UHGV virus genome: UHGV-0246708
DNA: 46,716 nt
From: a virus
Strand: one strand, 5' to 3'
The notes below the pieces were generated by a model. That model saw only the letters and a program-made list of their open reading frames with translations. It searched no databases and was not told the origin of the DNA. This document shows, piece after piece, positions 8,073-16,613 of the stretch (position 1 is its first letter; each line of letters begins with the position of its first letter). Made by a program: the position numbers and the translations under genes.

Positions 8073-8837
8073 GTGACATTGAATTATTTACAACAGATTC
8101 TTGCGTTTGACGATTATTTGCTTTATAAACAAAAGCTTTCATCAGGTCAGATTGCTTTATGGCGTGCATTAATGTCCATAAACAACAAAGCAGGATGGGC
8201 TACATGGTTTACAGCAGCTAATGCAACATTAGAATCTTTGTCAGGATTGTCACGCTCGGGAATTAATAAGAATAGAAACGCGCTAAAGCAACTAGGCTTG
8301 ATTGATTTTAAAAGTAATGGTCGAAAAGCTACTTCTTACAAGGTATGCGTACTTTATACGTTAAATAGTGCGCAAGAGAGTACACAACAGAGTAACGATA
8401 AAGTGACACTAAAGAGTACAACGCAGTCAACGAACAGTGGCACATTAATTAAACATAAACAAAACATAAACACAAACAATTCTTTTTCACCAGAAACAGA
8501 TAAAAATAAATTAAATATATACGCTGCCGTCGAACAAAATTTTGGGAGACCACTTTCGCCTATCGAAATGGAAATGATTAAACAGTGGCAAACAGAAGAT
8601 GGTTATCCAGATGACCTTATTCAATTAGCCCTTAAAGAGGCAGTTCTTAATCAGGCATTCAGTCTAAAGTATATGGACCGCATATTGTTAAGCTGGGAAC
8701 GTAAGGGAATAAAGACAAAAAATCAAGCTATAAAAAAAATTAGTGAATACAATATGCGAAATGATCAAGAGGAGATTTCTGTCGATTCAATACCAAAAGT
8801 TACAATGCATAACTGGTTAAATCCAGAGGGAAATTAA
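8073..8837 (+). CDS. Phage replisome organizer, DnaD-domain replication initiation protein. The likely start is TTG 8079.
   Basis: C-terminal DnaD-like repeat NFGRPLSPIEMEMIKQW...ILLSWERKGIKT. N-terminal phage_rep_org_N-like region. Confidence 0.8.
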   Translation: MTLNYLQQILAFDDYLLYKQKLSSGQIALWRALMSINNKAGWATWFTAANATLESLSGLSRSGINKNRNALKQLGLIDFKSNGRKATSYKVCVLYTLNSAQESTQQSNDKVTLKSTTQSTNSGTLIKHKQNINTNNSFSPETDKNKLNIYAAVEQNFGRPLSPIEMEMIKQWQTEDGYPDDLIQLALKEAVLNQAFSLKYMDRILLSWERKGIKTKNQAIKKISEYNMRNDQEEISVDSIPKVTMHNWLNPEGN

Positions 8838-8849
8838 GAGAGAGGTGCT

Positions 8850-9350
8850 GTGATGAAAGCGTGGAGTCAGTTTGAAAAAATGATTGAACAAACCAACGAG
8901 TGGTATTGTCGTAACAGAAAAGGCACAGTAGCAAAAATACCTAATGGAACTAAAACTATAAGGGTTGGTGGAAAACCCGTAGTGATTCCAACTAACAAGA
9001 CAGGATGTGATTTTATCGGACATTTGAAGGGACGGCCAATCGCCTTCGATTGCAAATCTACTGAAAATAAAACTGCATTTCCATTTTATGTTGGAAATAA
9101 ACCAATGTTAAAAGATCACCAAAAAAATTTTTTAAAGGATTTTAAATTAAGCGGTGGAACAGCATTTTTATTAATTCAATTCAACAAAAGTCATCAAGTA
9201 TTTTTAGTGGATGTTGATGATTATTTAAATATGCAAAAAAACTTAGGACGTAAGAGTATTCCATTAGATTACTTAAAAGAATTTGAGGTTCGACAGCATG
9301 GATACTATTCACATTATTTAGAAAAGTTAGAGCAAAACTACTGGCAATAA
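8850..9350 (+). CDS. RecU-like Holliday-junction resolvase (PD-(D/E)xK).
   Basis: CDFIGHLKGRPIAFDCKSTE resembles the RecU catalytic core DF.G......IafEAK. Confidence 0.6.
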   Translation: MMKAWSQFEKMIEQTNEWYCRNRKGTVAKIPNGTKTIRVGGKPVVIPTNKTGCDFIGHLKGRPIAFDCKSTENKTAFPFYVGNKPMLKDHQKNFLKDFKLSGGTAFLLIQFNKSHQVFLVDVDDYLNMQKNLGRKSIPLDYLKEFEVRQHGYYSHYLEKLEQNYWQ

Positions 9351-9364
9351 CAGATTTAGGAGGA

Positions 9365-9685
9365 GTGGAAATGAGTATTGCATTACCAAAACAAAAACAT
9401 TTAAGAGGTCCGTTACTTGATTACCTGAGAATTGCAGAGGATAATGGCGATTTGTTTGCATGGAGAAAGGCGTGCGAAATTGGGCGAGAAATATTCTCAG
9501 GTGATTTTTCAGACAATGCTAAACCATTAATTGTTATATACAAAGATGGATCTTCAGAAGTATTTAACACAAGAGCTGATGTAATTTCAGCGTGTCGAAT
9601 CGGAAATGAAACTTTGCGAAAATGTTTGGAGACTGGCAAACAAGATAGATTGGGTCGCTGTTATGACTATGCCATTTTAGAGTAG
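9365..9685 (+). CDS. Hypothetical protein (106 aa).
   Basis: ORF track entry. The RBS GGAGGAGTGG sits upstream. Confidence 0.5.
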   Translation: MEMSIALPKQKHLRGPLLDYLRIAEDNGDLFAWRKACEIGREIFSGDFSDNAKPLIVIYKDGSSEVFNTRADVISACRIGNETLRKCLETGKQDRLGRCYDYAILE

Positions 9686-9768
9686 CAAATTGTAATAGCT
9701 AATCGTATCTTTTGGCTCAAGAGGTTAGTCATTATGAATTTTAAAATTATGAGTTTGGAGGGGGAGCA

Positions 9769-10518
9769 ATGGGAAAAAATTTACTCAGAGAGAAGAAGCG
9801 ATTGATACGACAAAAAATTCTTTTTCTGACGGGTGAAAACGAATCTTGGATGAAGAATCCAGAAATCGTGAAAGAAGTCCAGAGGCTCTCTAAGCAACTA
9901 GAGTCAGATCTTATAGCAGATAAGCGACCATTGCCCAGTTTAGATCCTGATAAATTAACAAAAGAGAAGTATCAACATTTCTTAGATTTAGGTTATCAAG
10001 TAGGAGATATTAAGAAAGCCTTAGGACTAGGCACAACAACCTTTCAAAATTGGCGAAAGGCTAACGGGATAGAAAATAAAATTAATAGAAAACAAAAGAA
10101 AGAGGAGAGTAAACTTATGAAATTTAACATTCATACAGCAAGCTTATTATTACCAGGAACATTTGGAGCAGAAGGAAAAGAGTGTATTACGATTTCAAAA
10201 AGCGGGTTGGCTTTGAGCGGTCCAGTTGTGAGACGATTAAACAAACCTGAATGGATTCAATTGTATTTAGATGAATCAAGATTAGCATTGTTTGTAATTC
10301 CCTGTAAAGCGACGGACGAAGGCGCTAGAAGTTGTGTAAATCCGAAGTCAAAAAAGAAAGCAGGGTATCGTAAAAGCTGGTCAGGTAGCATTTTAGAGAA
10401 GGTAGCAAAAGCCAGCAAGATGGATATTGAAAATCATCGTTATCATGTTGAACCAGAAAGCGTTGAAGGCTATCCAACTGCTCTTGGTTTTGATTTAACG
10501 AAAGCCGTAAAAAATTAA
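9769..10518 (+). CDS. Hypothetical protein (249 aa).
   Basis: ORF track entry. The RBS GGAGGGGGAG sits upstream. Confidence 0.5.
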   Translation: MGKNLLREKKRLIRQKILFLTGENESWMKNPEIVKEVQRLSKQLESDLIADKRPLPSLDPDKLTKEKYQHFLDLGYQVGDIKKALGLGTTTFQNWRKANGIENKINRKQKKEESKLMKFNIHTASLLLPGTFGAEGKECITISKSGLALSGPVVRRLNKPEWIQLYLDESRLALFVIPCKATDEGARSCVNPKSKKKAGYRKSWSGSILEKVAKASKMDIENHRYHVEPESVEGYPTALGFDLTKAVKN

Positions 10519-10542
10519 TTCTAAATTGTTGAGGGTGAAAAA

Positions 10543-10770
10543 ATGAAATTAACTAGTGTGATATTTGAGTCGTCGGTTGAACGCTTTCCGCCACTTGTGG
10601 CGATAGATTTAGACCAGTTAACACCAGATGAATACGTGACACTTAGAAATTTGGGCTATGATACGCAACTTTCCAAAATTACAAAAAGGACCTTTGAAGA
10701 GTTGGAAGGCCATTTGGGAATTCGAGGAGACGTTGCAAAGAAAAATGGATTTTATGTATTAATTAAATAA
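10543..10770 (+). CDS. Hypothetical protein (75 aa).
   Basis: ORF track entry. The RBS GAGGGTG sits upstream. Confidence 0.45.
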   Translation: MKLTSVIFESSVERFPPLVAIDLDQLTPDEYVTLRNLGYDTQLSKITKRTFEELEGHLGIRGDVAKKNGFYVLIK

Positions 10771-10790
10771 TCAGAAGGTAGTGAAAAATT

Positions 10791-11018
10791 GTGACTTATC
10801 CGAATTTTGAGAAAGATAGCTCTACCTGTGCCAATTGTGGTAACGCATTGTTTAATGATGGAGAATTTACTAATCAATCATATTTAACAATTAGAGACAA
10901 TTTTATGATAGTTAATTTTTTCCAGTTTGAAGATGGAACAGACAATATGTTTTGTGATGCAAATTGTCTTGCTAGTTTTCTTTCAGCGGAAGAAGTGGAA
11001 ATATTAGAAAGCGAGTGA
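10791..11018 (+). CDS. Cys-rich small protein (75 aa), possibly a zinc ribbon.
   Basis: Paired Cys motifs CANCGN and CDANC. Confidence 0.45.
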   Translation: MTYPNFEKDSSTCANCGNALFNDGEFTNQSYLTIRDNFMIVNFFQFEDGTDNMFCDANCLASFLSAEEVEILESE

Positions 11019-11428
11019 AGAAGATGATTCCGAAGTTTAGAGCTTATTCAGTAGAAGAAAACATAATGTATTATCCTGATGAAGATAAAAATGTAGAATG
11101 GACTATTGATGATGATACAGGATTTATAGCGCCTCTTATCAATCTAGAAAATGGCATGTGGGGAATGATTGATAAATATGTTCTCATGCAATCAACAGGC
11201 TTGAAAGACAAGAACGGCGTTGAAATTTTTGAGGGGGACATTTTAGTTTATGATGCACCAAAAAAATACGCCCACCGAAGAAGTATGCACGAAATTGCTT
11301 ATGCAGATGGGCGCTTTTTCTGGGAATTTTTAGATCTTGTATTTTGTCAATCTAATATTTTGTATCGCGATGGCTATTTAGTCATCGGTAACATCCATGA
11401 AAACCCAGAACTGTTGGAGGGAAATTAA
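11015..11428 (+). CDS. YopX-family phage protein.
   Basis: KFRAYS...LMQSTGLKDKNGVEIFEGDIL matches the YopX signature. Confidence 0.75.
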   Translation: MKKMIPKFRAYSVEENIMYYPDEDKNVEWTIDDDTGFIAPLINLENGMWGMIDKYVLMQSTGLKDKNGVEIFEGDILVYDAPKKYAHRRSMHEIAYADGRFFWEFLDLVFCQSNILYRDGYLVIGNIHENPELLEGN

Positions 11429-11767
11429 ATGCATGAACTAATAAAAGAAATTGAACGTCAACTTGAGATGGATCGTGTTGAAGAAGGAAATATGTCAGCA
11501 GAAGATGTTTTATTCATCGTAAAAGGTTTTAAAAGACCATATCTAAACGAAAATCAGCAGATTGTTCTGGATTGGTTGAAAGAAAAATATACAGTCACAA
11601 ATATTGAACCTATAGAATTATTTTGGAGACTGAGAGTTAATTCTATAAAACCAGACTATCGTGATAGACCTGTCTATAGAAGTTACAGATATATGTCAAA
11701 AATTGGGCAATTACAAGTCATACAAGCGTTTAGCCGATGGGCCTTGGAACAGGAGAAAGCGGAATGA
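11429..11767 (+). CDS. Hypothetical protein (112 aa).
   Basis: ORF track entry. Tightly packed operon. Confidence 0.5.
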   Translation: MHELIKEIERQLEMDRVEEGNMSAEDVLFIVKGFKRPYLNENQQIVLDWLKEKYTVTNIEPIELFWRLRVNSIKPDYRDRPVYRSYRYMSKIGQLQVIQAFSRWALEQEKAE

Positions 11768-12117
11768 GTGATTATTTAGATCGAATAAAAAAGATAATGG
11801 AGCTTAAATCAAGAGACGAAGCGCTAGAAGTTATGGAAGAATCTTTAAAAAAAGGGTTTAAATATGTGGTCAGAGACTGCGACAGCGAATATCTTTCCTT
11901 TTTTTCCTTGAAGCCTAAAAAATATATGGACCTGGGTTCATGGGGATATGTTAATGAAAATGCACAAGGTGCATTGCCCTCAACTGTAATTCTTAAAAAT
12001 ACAGATATTACTGAAATTTCATGGCGTAATAAACAACCGATCATAATTACTGAATTTTTGAAGTATCAAAAAGCTGGACTAGAAGACGAACTTTTCAGAG
12101 TGGAGGAAGCAGAGTGA
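11764..12117 (+). CDS. Hypothetical protein. The track begins it at 11737. The likely start is ATG 11764 (MSDYL), which overlaps the upstream stop as ATGA.
   Basis: RBS GGAGAAAG. Translational coupling. Confidence 0.5.
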   Translation: MSDYLDRIKKIMELKSRDEALEVMEESLKKGFKYVVRDCDSEYLSFFSLKPKKYMDLGSWGYVNENAQGALPSTVILKNTDITEISWRNKQPIIITEFLKYQKAGLEDELFRVEEAE

Positions 12118-12278
12118 AACAATTAAAAATAAGCTATATAGATTTAGCTGTAATAATTGAAAGCATCTATTACGGAGGAGATGAAGATGTATCTGATATT
12201 GAGGACTTATTGAAATATTTGCGTGATAACGGACATCTGTCTACTGTTTTAACAGTTTCAAGGGGGATTAGTGATGAA
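12114..12278 (+). CDS. Small 54-aa ORF (GTG start). Not in the track.
   Basis: GGAGGAAG sits upstream. It overlaps both flanking genes (GTGA and ATGAATAA), which suggests operon coupling. Confidence 0.3.
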
Positions 12279-12888
12279 TAAACAAGAAAAAGAAGATTTA
12301 ATTCAAGCGCTCTATGATATCGGAGGCTGCGATGCAGAAGATGAATGGTCAAAAGGTTATGACGATGGAGTAAATGCATCAATTGAGGTCATAAAAGAGC
12401 TTAAAGTACATGGGAAAGTTATATTTTCGCATGAAGAGAAATTTGTGGCTGATTGGCTTAATGATTTAAGAGGCCAAATCAGTGATGTTAAGTTAAATTC
12501 TGGGGCTGTTTTCATGACGTTCATCGGCAGACAGTTAGAGCGGTACTATGATGAAGAATACTCGTTTTTAACTGAAAAAATAGAGAGTTGGCTTACAGTT
12601 CCAAAAAATAAAGTTAAACTAATGAGCGCCATTGACAACGGCTACGAAGTCGAGAAAGAGCCAACTATTCATGAATTAAAGATCTTACCAGAATACTTTG
12701 AAGCGGTTGTTTCAGGGGATAAGCGTTTTGAAATACGTAAGAATGACCGAAACTATGAAAAAGGCGATATCTTACGCTTAAACGAATATCAAGACGGACA
12801 ATATACAGGTGATGTTCATGTTGCAGAAATAACATACATTACAGATTATGCCCAACAAGATGGTTATGTAGTGTTAGGGATTAAGTAA
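12271..12888 (+). CDS. DUF3850/ASCH-like (PUA-fold) domain protein.
   Basis: The C-terminal ELKILPEYFEAVVSGDKRFEIRKNDRNYEKGDILRLNEY matches the DUF3850 pattern. Confidence 0.55.
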   Translation: MMNKQEKEDLIQALYDIGGCDAEDEWSKGYDDGVNASIEVIKELKVHGKVIFSHEEKFVADWLNDLRGQISDVKLNSGAVFMTFIGRQLERYYDEEYSFLTEKIESWLTVPKNKVKLMSAIDNGYEVEKEPTIHELKILPEYFEAVVSGDKRFEIRKNDRNYEKGDILRLNEYQDGQYTGDVHVAEITYITDYAQQDGYVVLGIK

Positions 12889-12901
12889 GGAGGTCAAATA
12901 A

Positions 12902-13219
12902 ATGAAAATTATTGCTAAAGGTCGAGGGACTGGAAAAACAACAGAGCTAGTTAAAGAATCAGCTAGAACAGGTCAGTATATTTTAGCATCGAATAAATCG
13001 CATGTCCGAGCTATTGAACAAATTGCCAAAAAAGCAGGCGTTACTATTCCATATCCTGTTACGGTGGATGAGATTGTAAGCATGGACCGCTTTACATGTG
13101 CCAGTTCTATTCAACGAGAGGGATTGCTAGTGGATGAAGCAATTATGGTTTTAAGTAAACTAATTGGCTTAAAAATCACTGGGGCCACTATATCTCTTGA
13201 AGGAGAACAACAATGCTAA
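12902..13219 (+). CDS. Small P-loop protein (105 aa).
   Basis: Walker A-like KGRGTGKTT near the N-terminus. Confidence 0.5.
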   Translation: MKIIAKGRGTGKTTELVKESARTGQYILASNKSHVRAIEQIAKKAGVTIPYPVTVDEIVSMDRFTCASSIQREGLLVDEAIMVLSKLIGLKITGATISLEGEQQC

Positions 13220-13419
13220 GTTATCCAGAATTATATATACTGGGCCGTCAAGTAGACGGCGTGTATGTTGAGTACCTGCATGGATCAGAGCAAGCCGATT
13301 TATTTTTCGATTATACAATTGCTCGTGATGAAAGAAATCATATGAATAAAACCAATATGAAAGATGGCGCTTGGGAAATTTTAAAGTATGGCAGCCCGAT
13401 CACGCTAAAGGAGAATTAA
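13213..13419 (+). CDS. Hypothetical protein (68 aa).
   Basis: ORF track entry. Confidence 0.45.
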   Translation: MLSYPELYILGRQVDGVYVEYLHGSEQADLFFDYTIARDERNHMNKTNMKDGAWEILKYGSPITLKEN

Positions 13420-13599
13420 ATGAAAACAGCTGAAGAAGAAATCAATGAATTACTGGGCAAATACAATTTTGATTTAGCGGTTTTAAAGGATATTAACTAT
13501 AGATTATCTTGCTGTAGAGAGGAAGCATATGCCAGACAGCAATTACGATATCTAAAGAATCAAATCATCATGGGATTTGCGACTGAAAAAAAGAAATAA
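13420..13599 (+). CDS. Small 59-aa ORF (MKTAEEEINELLGKYNFDLAVLKDINYRLSCCREEAYARQQLRYLKNQIIMGFATEKKK). Not in the track.
   Basis: AAGGAG RBS 8 nt upstream. Abuts the previous stop. Confidence 0.35.
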   Translation: MKTAEEEINELLGKYNFDLAVLKDINYRLSCCREEAYARQQLRYLKNQIIMGFATEKKK

Positions 13600-13731
13600 T
13601 AAGATATTAATTAATGAAAAGAGGAAAATTTATGGGTAAGAAAAAATCAAAAATTAAAAAGAAAAAAGCGTCGTTTACAAGAGAAAGCAATGGCCAATGG
13701 AACGATAAATACGAAGAAAAAATAATCAGAG

Positions 13732-13920
13732 GTGGATTATGTGGACTTTAAGCCAGCCAAACTATCCGAATTAGAGAATTTTGATGGAAAGCATGTTATA
13801 ATACTAGTTAGCAACGGGCAAACAAAAGTAGCCGATCTGCCTGAACATGGAATTGTTGAAGTAATATCTCATGCTGGTAAAGTAACGTTTATTGAACAAA
13901 AAATTAAAGAAAAATTTTAA
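13732..13920 (+). CDS. Hypothetical protein (62 aa, GTG start).
   Basis: ORF track entry. Weak RBS. Confidence 0.35.
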   Translation: MDYVDFKPAKLSELENFDGKHVIILVSNGQTKVADLPEHGIVEVISHAGKVTFIEQKIKEKF

Positions 13921-13948
13921 TATAGTCTGACTAGACATACTAGAAGAC

Positions 13949-14000
13949 ATCTGACCAATTGTGTTTATACACATTGGTTAGGTGTCTTTTTGTATTTTTA
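13949..14000 (+). terminator. Rho-independent terminator closing the early operon.
   Basis: Long imperfect hairpin GACATCTGACCAATTGTG/CACATTGGTTAGGTGTC followed by TTTTTGTATTTTTAT. Confidence 0.45.
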
Positions 14001-14020
14001 TTAGAAGGAGCGATTCGCCG

Positions 14021-14605
14021 ATGTTAGACCAACACGGAAGAGAGATTTTGATTCAGGAATATAAGTCTGATTTAAAAGACGCAAGTCGTCAGCATCGACG
14101 AATTGCAAAGAAGAAGTATCAAATTGAAAAAAATGGCAGATTAGAAACAATTGATGACCGCACTGCAGAAGATATAAAGGAACAGTCCATTTATGCTGAA
14201 ATAATTTCATCTACCAAATATGCGTTATATTGGCTTGAACATGGAATTGAGCGACCTCTTGATGAGGAGGCAGCAAAAAAAATACCTAAATATCGCAGAG
14301 ATAAACATATTACAAATATGGATAAGATATCATACGAAATTTATTGTAACCAGTATGAATCTGCACGTAATTACCCTATTACTGAAGAGAAACAAGAGAT
14401 GTTGATTCAACTTAAAGAGTTGTTATCAACGTTCAGCGAGAGAGAACGTGATTTGTTTGATTATATCCATAATCAGCAACTTACTTATGCAGAAGCTGCT
14501 GAAAAAATGGATATTAAAGTAGGGACTGCTAAATCCATGTCACAACGAATTAGGAATAAAATTGATGCTTATTTCGAATATGGACATCAGATTTCATTAT
14601 TTTAA
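14021..14605 (+). CDS. ArpU-family late-gene transcriptional regulator. The track starts it at 13982. The likely start is ATG 14021 behind AAGGAG.
   Basis: The C-terminal ERERDLFDYIHNQQLTYAEAAEKMDIKVGTAKSMSQRIRNKI is sigma70 region-4-like. Its position upstream of the packaging genes fits ArpU. Confidence 0.75.
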   Translation: MLDQHGREILIQEYKSDLKDASRQHRRIAKKKYQIEKNGRLETIDDRTAEDIKEQSIYAEIISSTKYALYWLEHGIERPLDEEAAKKIPKYRRDKHITNMDKISYEIYCNQYESARNYPITEEKQEMLIQLKELLSTFSERERDLFDYIHNQQLTYAEAAEKMDIKVGTAKSMSQRIRNKIDAYFEYGHQISLF

Positions 14606-14710
14606 ATTTCATTTTTTTGTAAACCATTCCCACCTATAGGTGAGAGGTAAAATTCTCCTATTCTATGTTGGTAGAGTAGCTTAATAATATTTACTTGTAA
14701 AAAAATACAA

Positions 14711-14740
14711 GAGAGGAGGTGTTCCTCCTCCTCTAAATTT
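14711..14740 (+). terminator. Hairpin AGAGGAGG-TGTT-CCTCCTCCTCT followed by a weak T run.
   Basis: 8-bp GC-rich stem seen in the sequence. Confidence 0.4.
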
Positions 14741-14763
14741 CTACAAATTACGAGTAAATTAGG

Positions 14764-14848
14764 TAGACGTGTAGCTCAATAGGTAGAGCAATTGATTTTT
14801 AATCAATGGTGCGTGATTGCTTGTGCAGGTTCGACTCCTGTCACGTCA
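14764..14848 (+). tRNA. tRNA-like gene with anticodon-loop TTTTTAA (UUU, Lys-like) and an aberrant 17-nt variable region. It is a possible phage tRNA or pseudo-tRNA.
   Basis: Canonical D-arm (GCTC-AATAGGTA-GAGC with T8, A14, G18G19, A21). Canonical T-arm (GCAGG-TTCGACT-CCTGT). 6-bp acceptor stem with a 1-72 A·A mismatch. The long variable region does not fold into a clean arm. A terminator hairpin AAGTGGGAAACCACTT plus A/T run follows. Confidence 0.45.
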
Positions 14849-15039
14849 ATAAGTGGGAAACCACTTAAATAAAAAATCGGTATATGTCAATAAATGTTTC
14901 TACTACTGTGACACACGATTTTCACTCCTTCCTTTCAAAGTGCCTGCCTGCGGAAACAGGAAAAGGCGAGCAACCTAGTATTGTTATTCAGTGTGGATTC
15001 GGCTAGGCGTTCCACATAAATTTAAATAGGGGATACATT

Positions 15040-15282
15040 ATGAATTACTGGTACATAAGTTTAAGTAAAAATTACCCACCAAAAATAACTAGACAAGTTG
15101 AACTTCATCGACACTATGCTGTTGTTGAATGTATACAACGTGTAAATAAAAAAGAAATGGTAGCTCTAGAATTGAATTTTCTAGGTTATGGATTTTATAA
15201 AGACAATCACATTCAAGAAAATTTAACACATAAAAAAAGGAGTGTTCATTATGAAAGAACTAATCAAAGTATCAGTCAATGA
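15040..15282 (+). CDS. Hypothetical small protein (80 aa). It overlaps the start of the antirepressor.
   Basis: ORF track entry. Weak RBS AGGGGA. Confidence 0.3.
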   Translation: MNYWYISLSKNYPPKITRQVELHRHYAVVECIQRVNKKEMVALELNFLGYGFYKDNHIQENLTHKKRSVHYERTNQSISQ

Positions 15283-15970
15283 AAATGATGAACAGTTAGT
15301 TAGCGGTAGAGAGTTACACGAATTTTTGCTGGTTGGAACGCCTTATAAACGATGGTTTGAACGAATAACAGAATATGGATTTGCTGAAAACGTTGATTTT
15401 ACCGTGATTGCCAAAAATGTCCATGACGAGACAGCTTTTGGTGGCGTTCGTACTGTTACTGATCACGCTATGACCTTAGATATGGCTAAAGAGATTTCAA
15501 TGATTCAAAGAACTGACAAGGGTAAACAAGCGCGACAATATTTTATTCAACTAGAAAAAGCTTGGAATAATCCTGAGATGGTCGTGCAACGCGCCTTACA
15601 AATTCAAACAAAAAAAGTTGAAGCTCTACAATTAGAAAATGAGCAATTGAGGCCCAAAGCGTTATTTGCAGATGCTGTCAGTGTTAGCCATACTAGTATT
15701 TTGATTGGTGAGCTTGCTAAATTGATTAAACAAAACGGTGTAGACGTTGGTGCTAAACGTTTATTTTCATGGTTACGTGAAAAAGGATACCTGATTAAAA
15801 GAAAAGGTACCGATTGGAATATGCCCACACAGAAGTCAATGGATCTCGAATTATTTGAAGTGAAAGAAACGACTATTGCACGTTCCGATGGTAGTGTAAG
15901 TATCAGTAAAACGCCTAAAGTTACTGGGAAGGGTCAGATTTATTTTGTGAATAAATTCTTGTCAGAATAA
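15251..15970 (+). CDS. Phage antirepressor (ORF6N-like N-terminus plus KilA-C-like C-terminus). The track starts it at 15242. ATG 15251 behind AAGGAG is better supported.
   Basis: LVSGRELHEFLLVGTPYKRWFERITEYGFAENVDF ... QARQYFIQLEKAW matches the ORF6N/Ant pattern. Confidence 0.7.
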   Translation: MKELIKVSVNENDEQLVSGRELHEFLLVGTPYKRWFERITEYGFAENVDFTVIAKNVHDETAFGGVRTVTDHAMTLDMAKEISMIQRTDKGKQARQYFIQLEKAWNNPEMVVQRALQIQTKKVEALQLENEQLRPKALFADAVSVSHTSILIGELAKLIKQNGVDVGAKRLFSWLREKGYLIKRKGTDWNMPTQKSMDLELFEVKETTIARSDGSVSISKTPKVTGKGQIYFVNKFLSE

Positions 15971-15976
15971 CTCCAG

Positions 15977-15997
15977 AATGAAATTTTATATTTCATT
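15977..15997. terminator. Bidirectional AT-rich hairpin AATGAAAT-TTTAT-ATTTCATT between convergent genes.
   Basis: Perfect 8-bp inverted repeat overlapping both stop codons. Confidence 0.35.
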
Positions 15998-16462
15998 TAA
16001 CTGTTCGATTATAGTAAGCAACTCTTGCAGTGAGTTTTTCATATTTTTACCTTGAAGGGTTTCTTGGTAAGCGGCAAACTGTTTTTTATTTCGGGGGTCA
16101 TCATCAAATGGCATTTCATCCCACACACAATAGCTTTTTCCAAAAATAAATTTTTTAGTAATAACTAGGGGAAAGGTAAAACTTGGCTTTACATCTAAAG
16201 CAACAAATTTAAAAGGTGTTTCTCCATGCTTGCTATAATTCCAAAGATATTTGTAACCAAGTAATGTTTTATCTTTGTAGATGTTTTTATTTGATCGTTC
16301 TAAAAAACTTCCTACAAAAGCTAGAGTAATAAATATTTGTTCTTCTATTAAAATATTAAATGAACTATCACTTGTGTTAAACAATCCAGGATTGTTTAAC
16401 ATGTTGATTGAAAGATTGATATGTTTTAATGTTAAAGCACGTAATGTTTTAAGTTCCATAAT
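15986..16462 (-). CDS. Hypothetical protein (158 aa from MELKTLRAL). The track extends it to 16552.
   Basis: Strong RBS AGGAGGAGATAATTATG. AT-rich codon usage. Moron position. Confidence 0.55.
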   Translation of the reverse strand: MMELKTLRALTLKHINLSINMLNNPGLFNTSDSSFNILIEEQIFITLAFVGSFLERSNKNIYKDKTLLGYKYLWNYSKHGETPFKFVALDVKPSFTFPLVITKKFIFGKSYCVWDEMPFDDDPRNKKQFAAYQETLQGKNMKNSLQELLTIIEQLNEI

Positions 16463-16613
16463 TATCTCCTCCTGTGTATATAGTAACATATAAATAACAG
16501 TTGCTTTCCTAATACAAATATAAATACAAAAACACTGAAGCAGATAGAACATATAGTAGCTAAAAATAATATTTTCTTCTTTTCGTGATATAATTGTAGT
16601 AAAGGAGAATTTT

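Noticed and set aside
12170-12382. Minus-strand 70-aa ORF
   Set aside because: It overlaps two tightly coupled plus-strand genes. His/Leu-rich nonsense translation.
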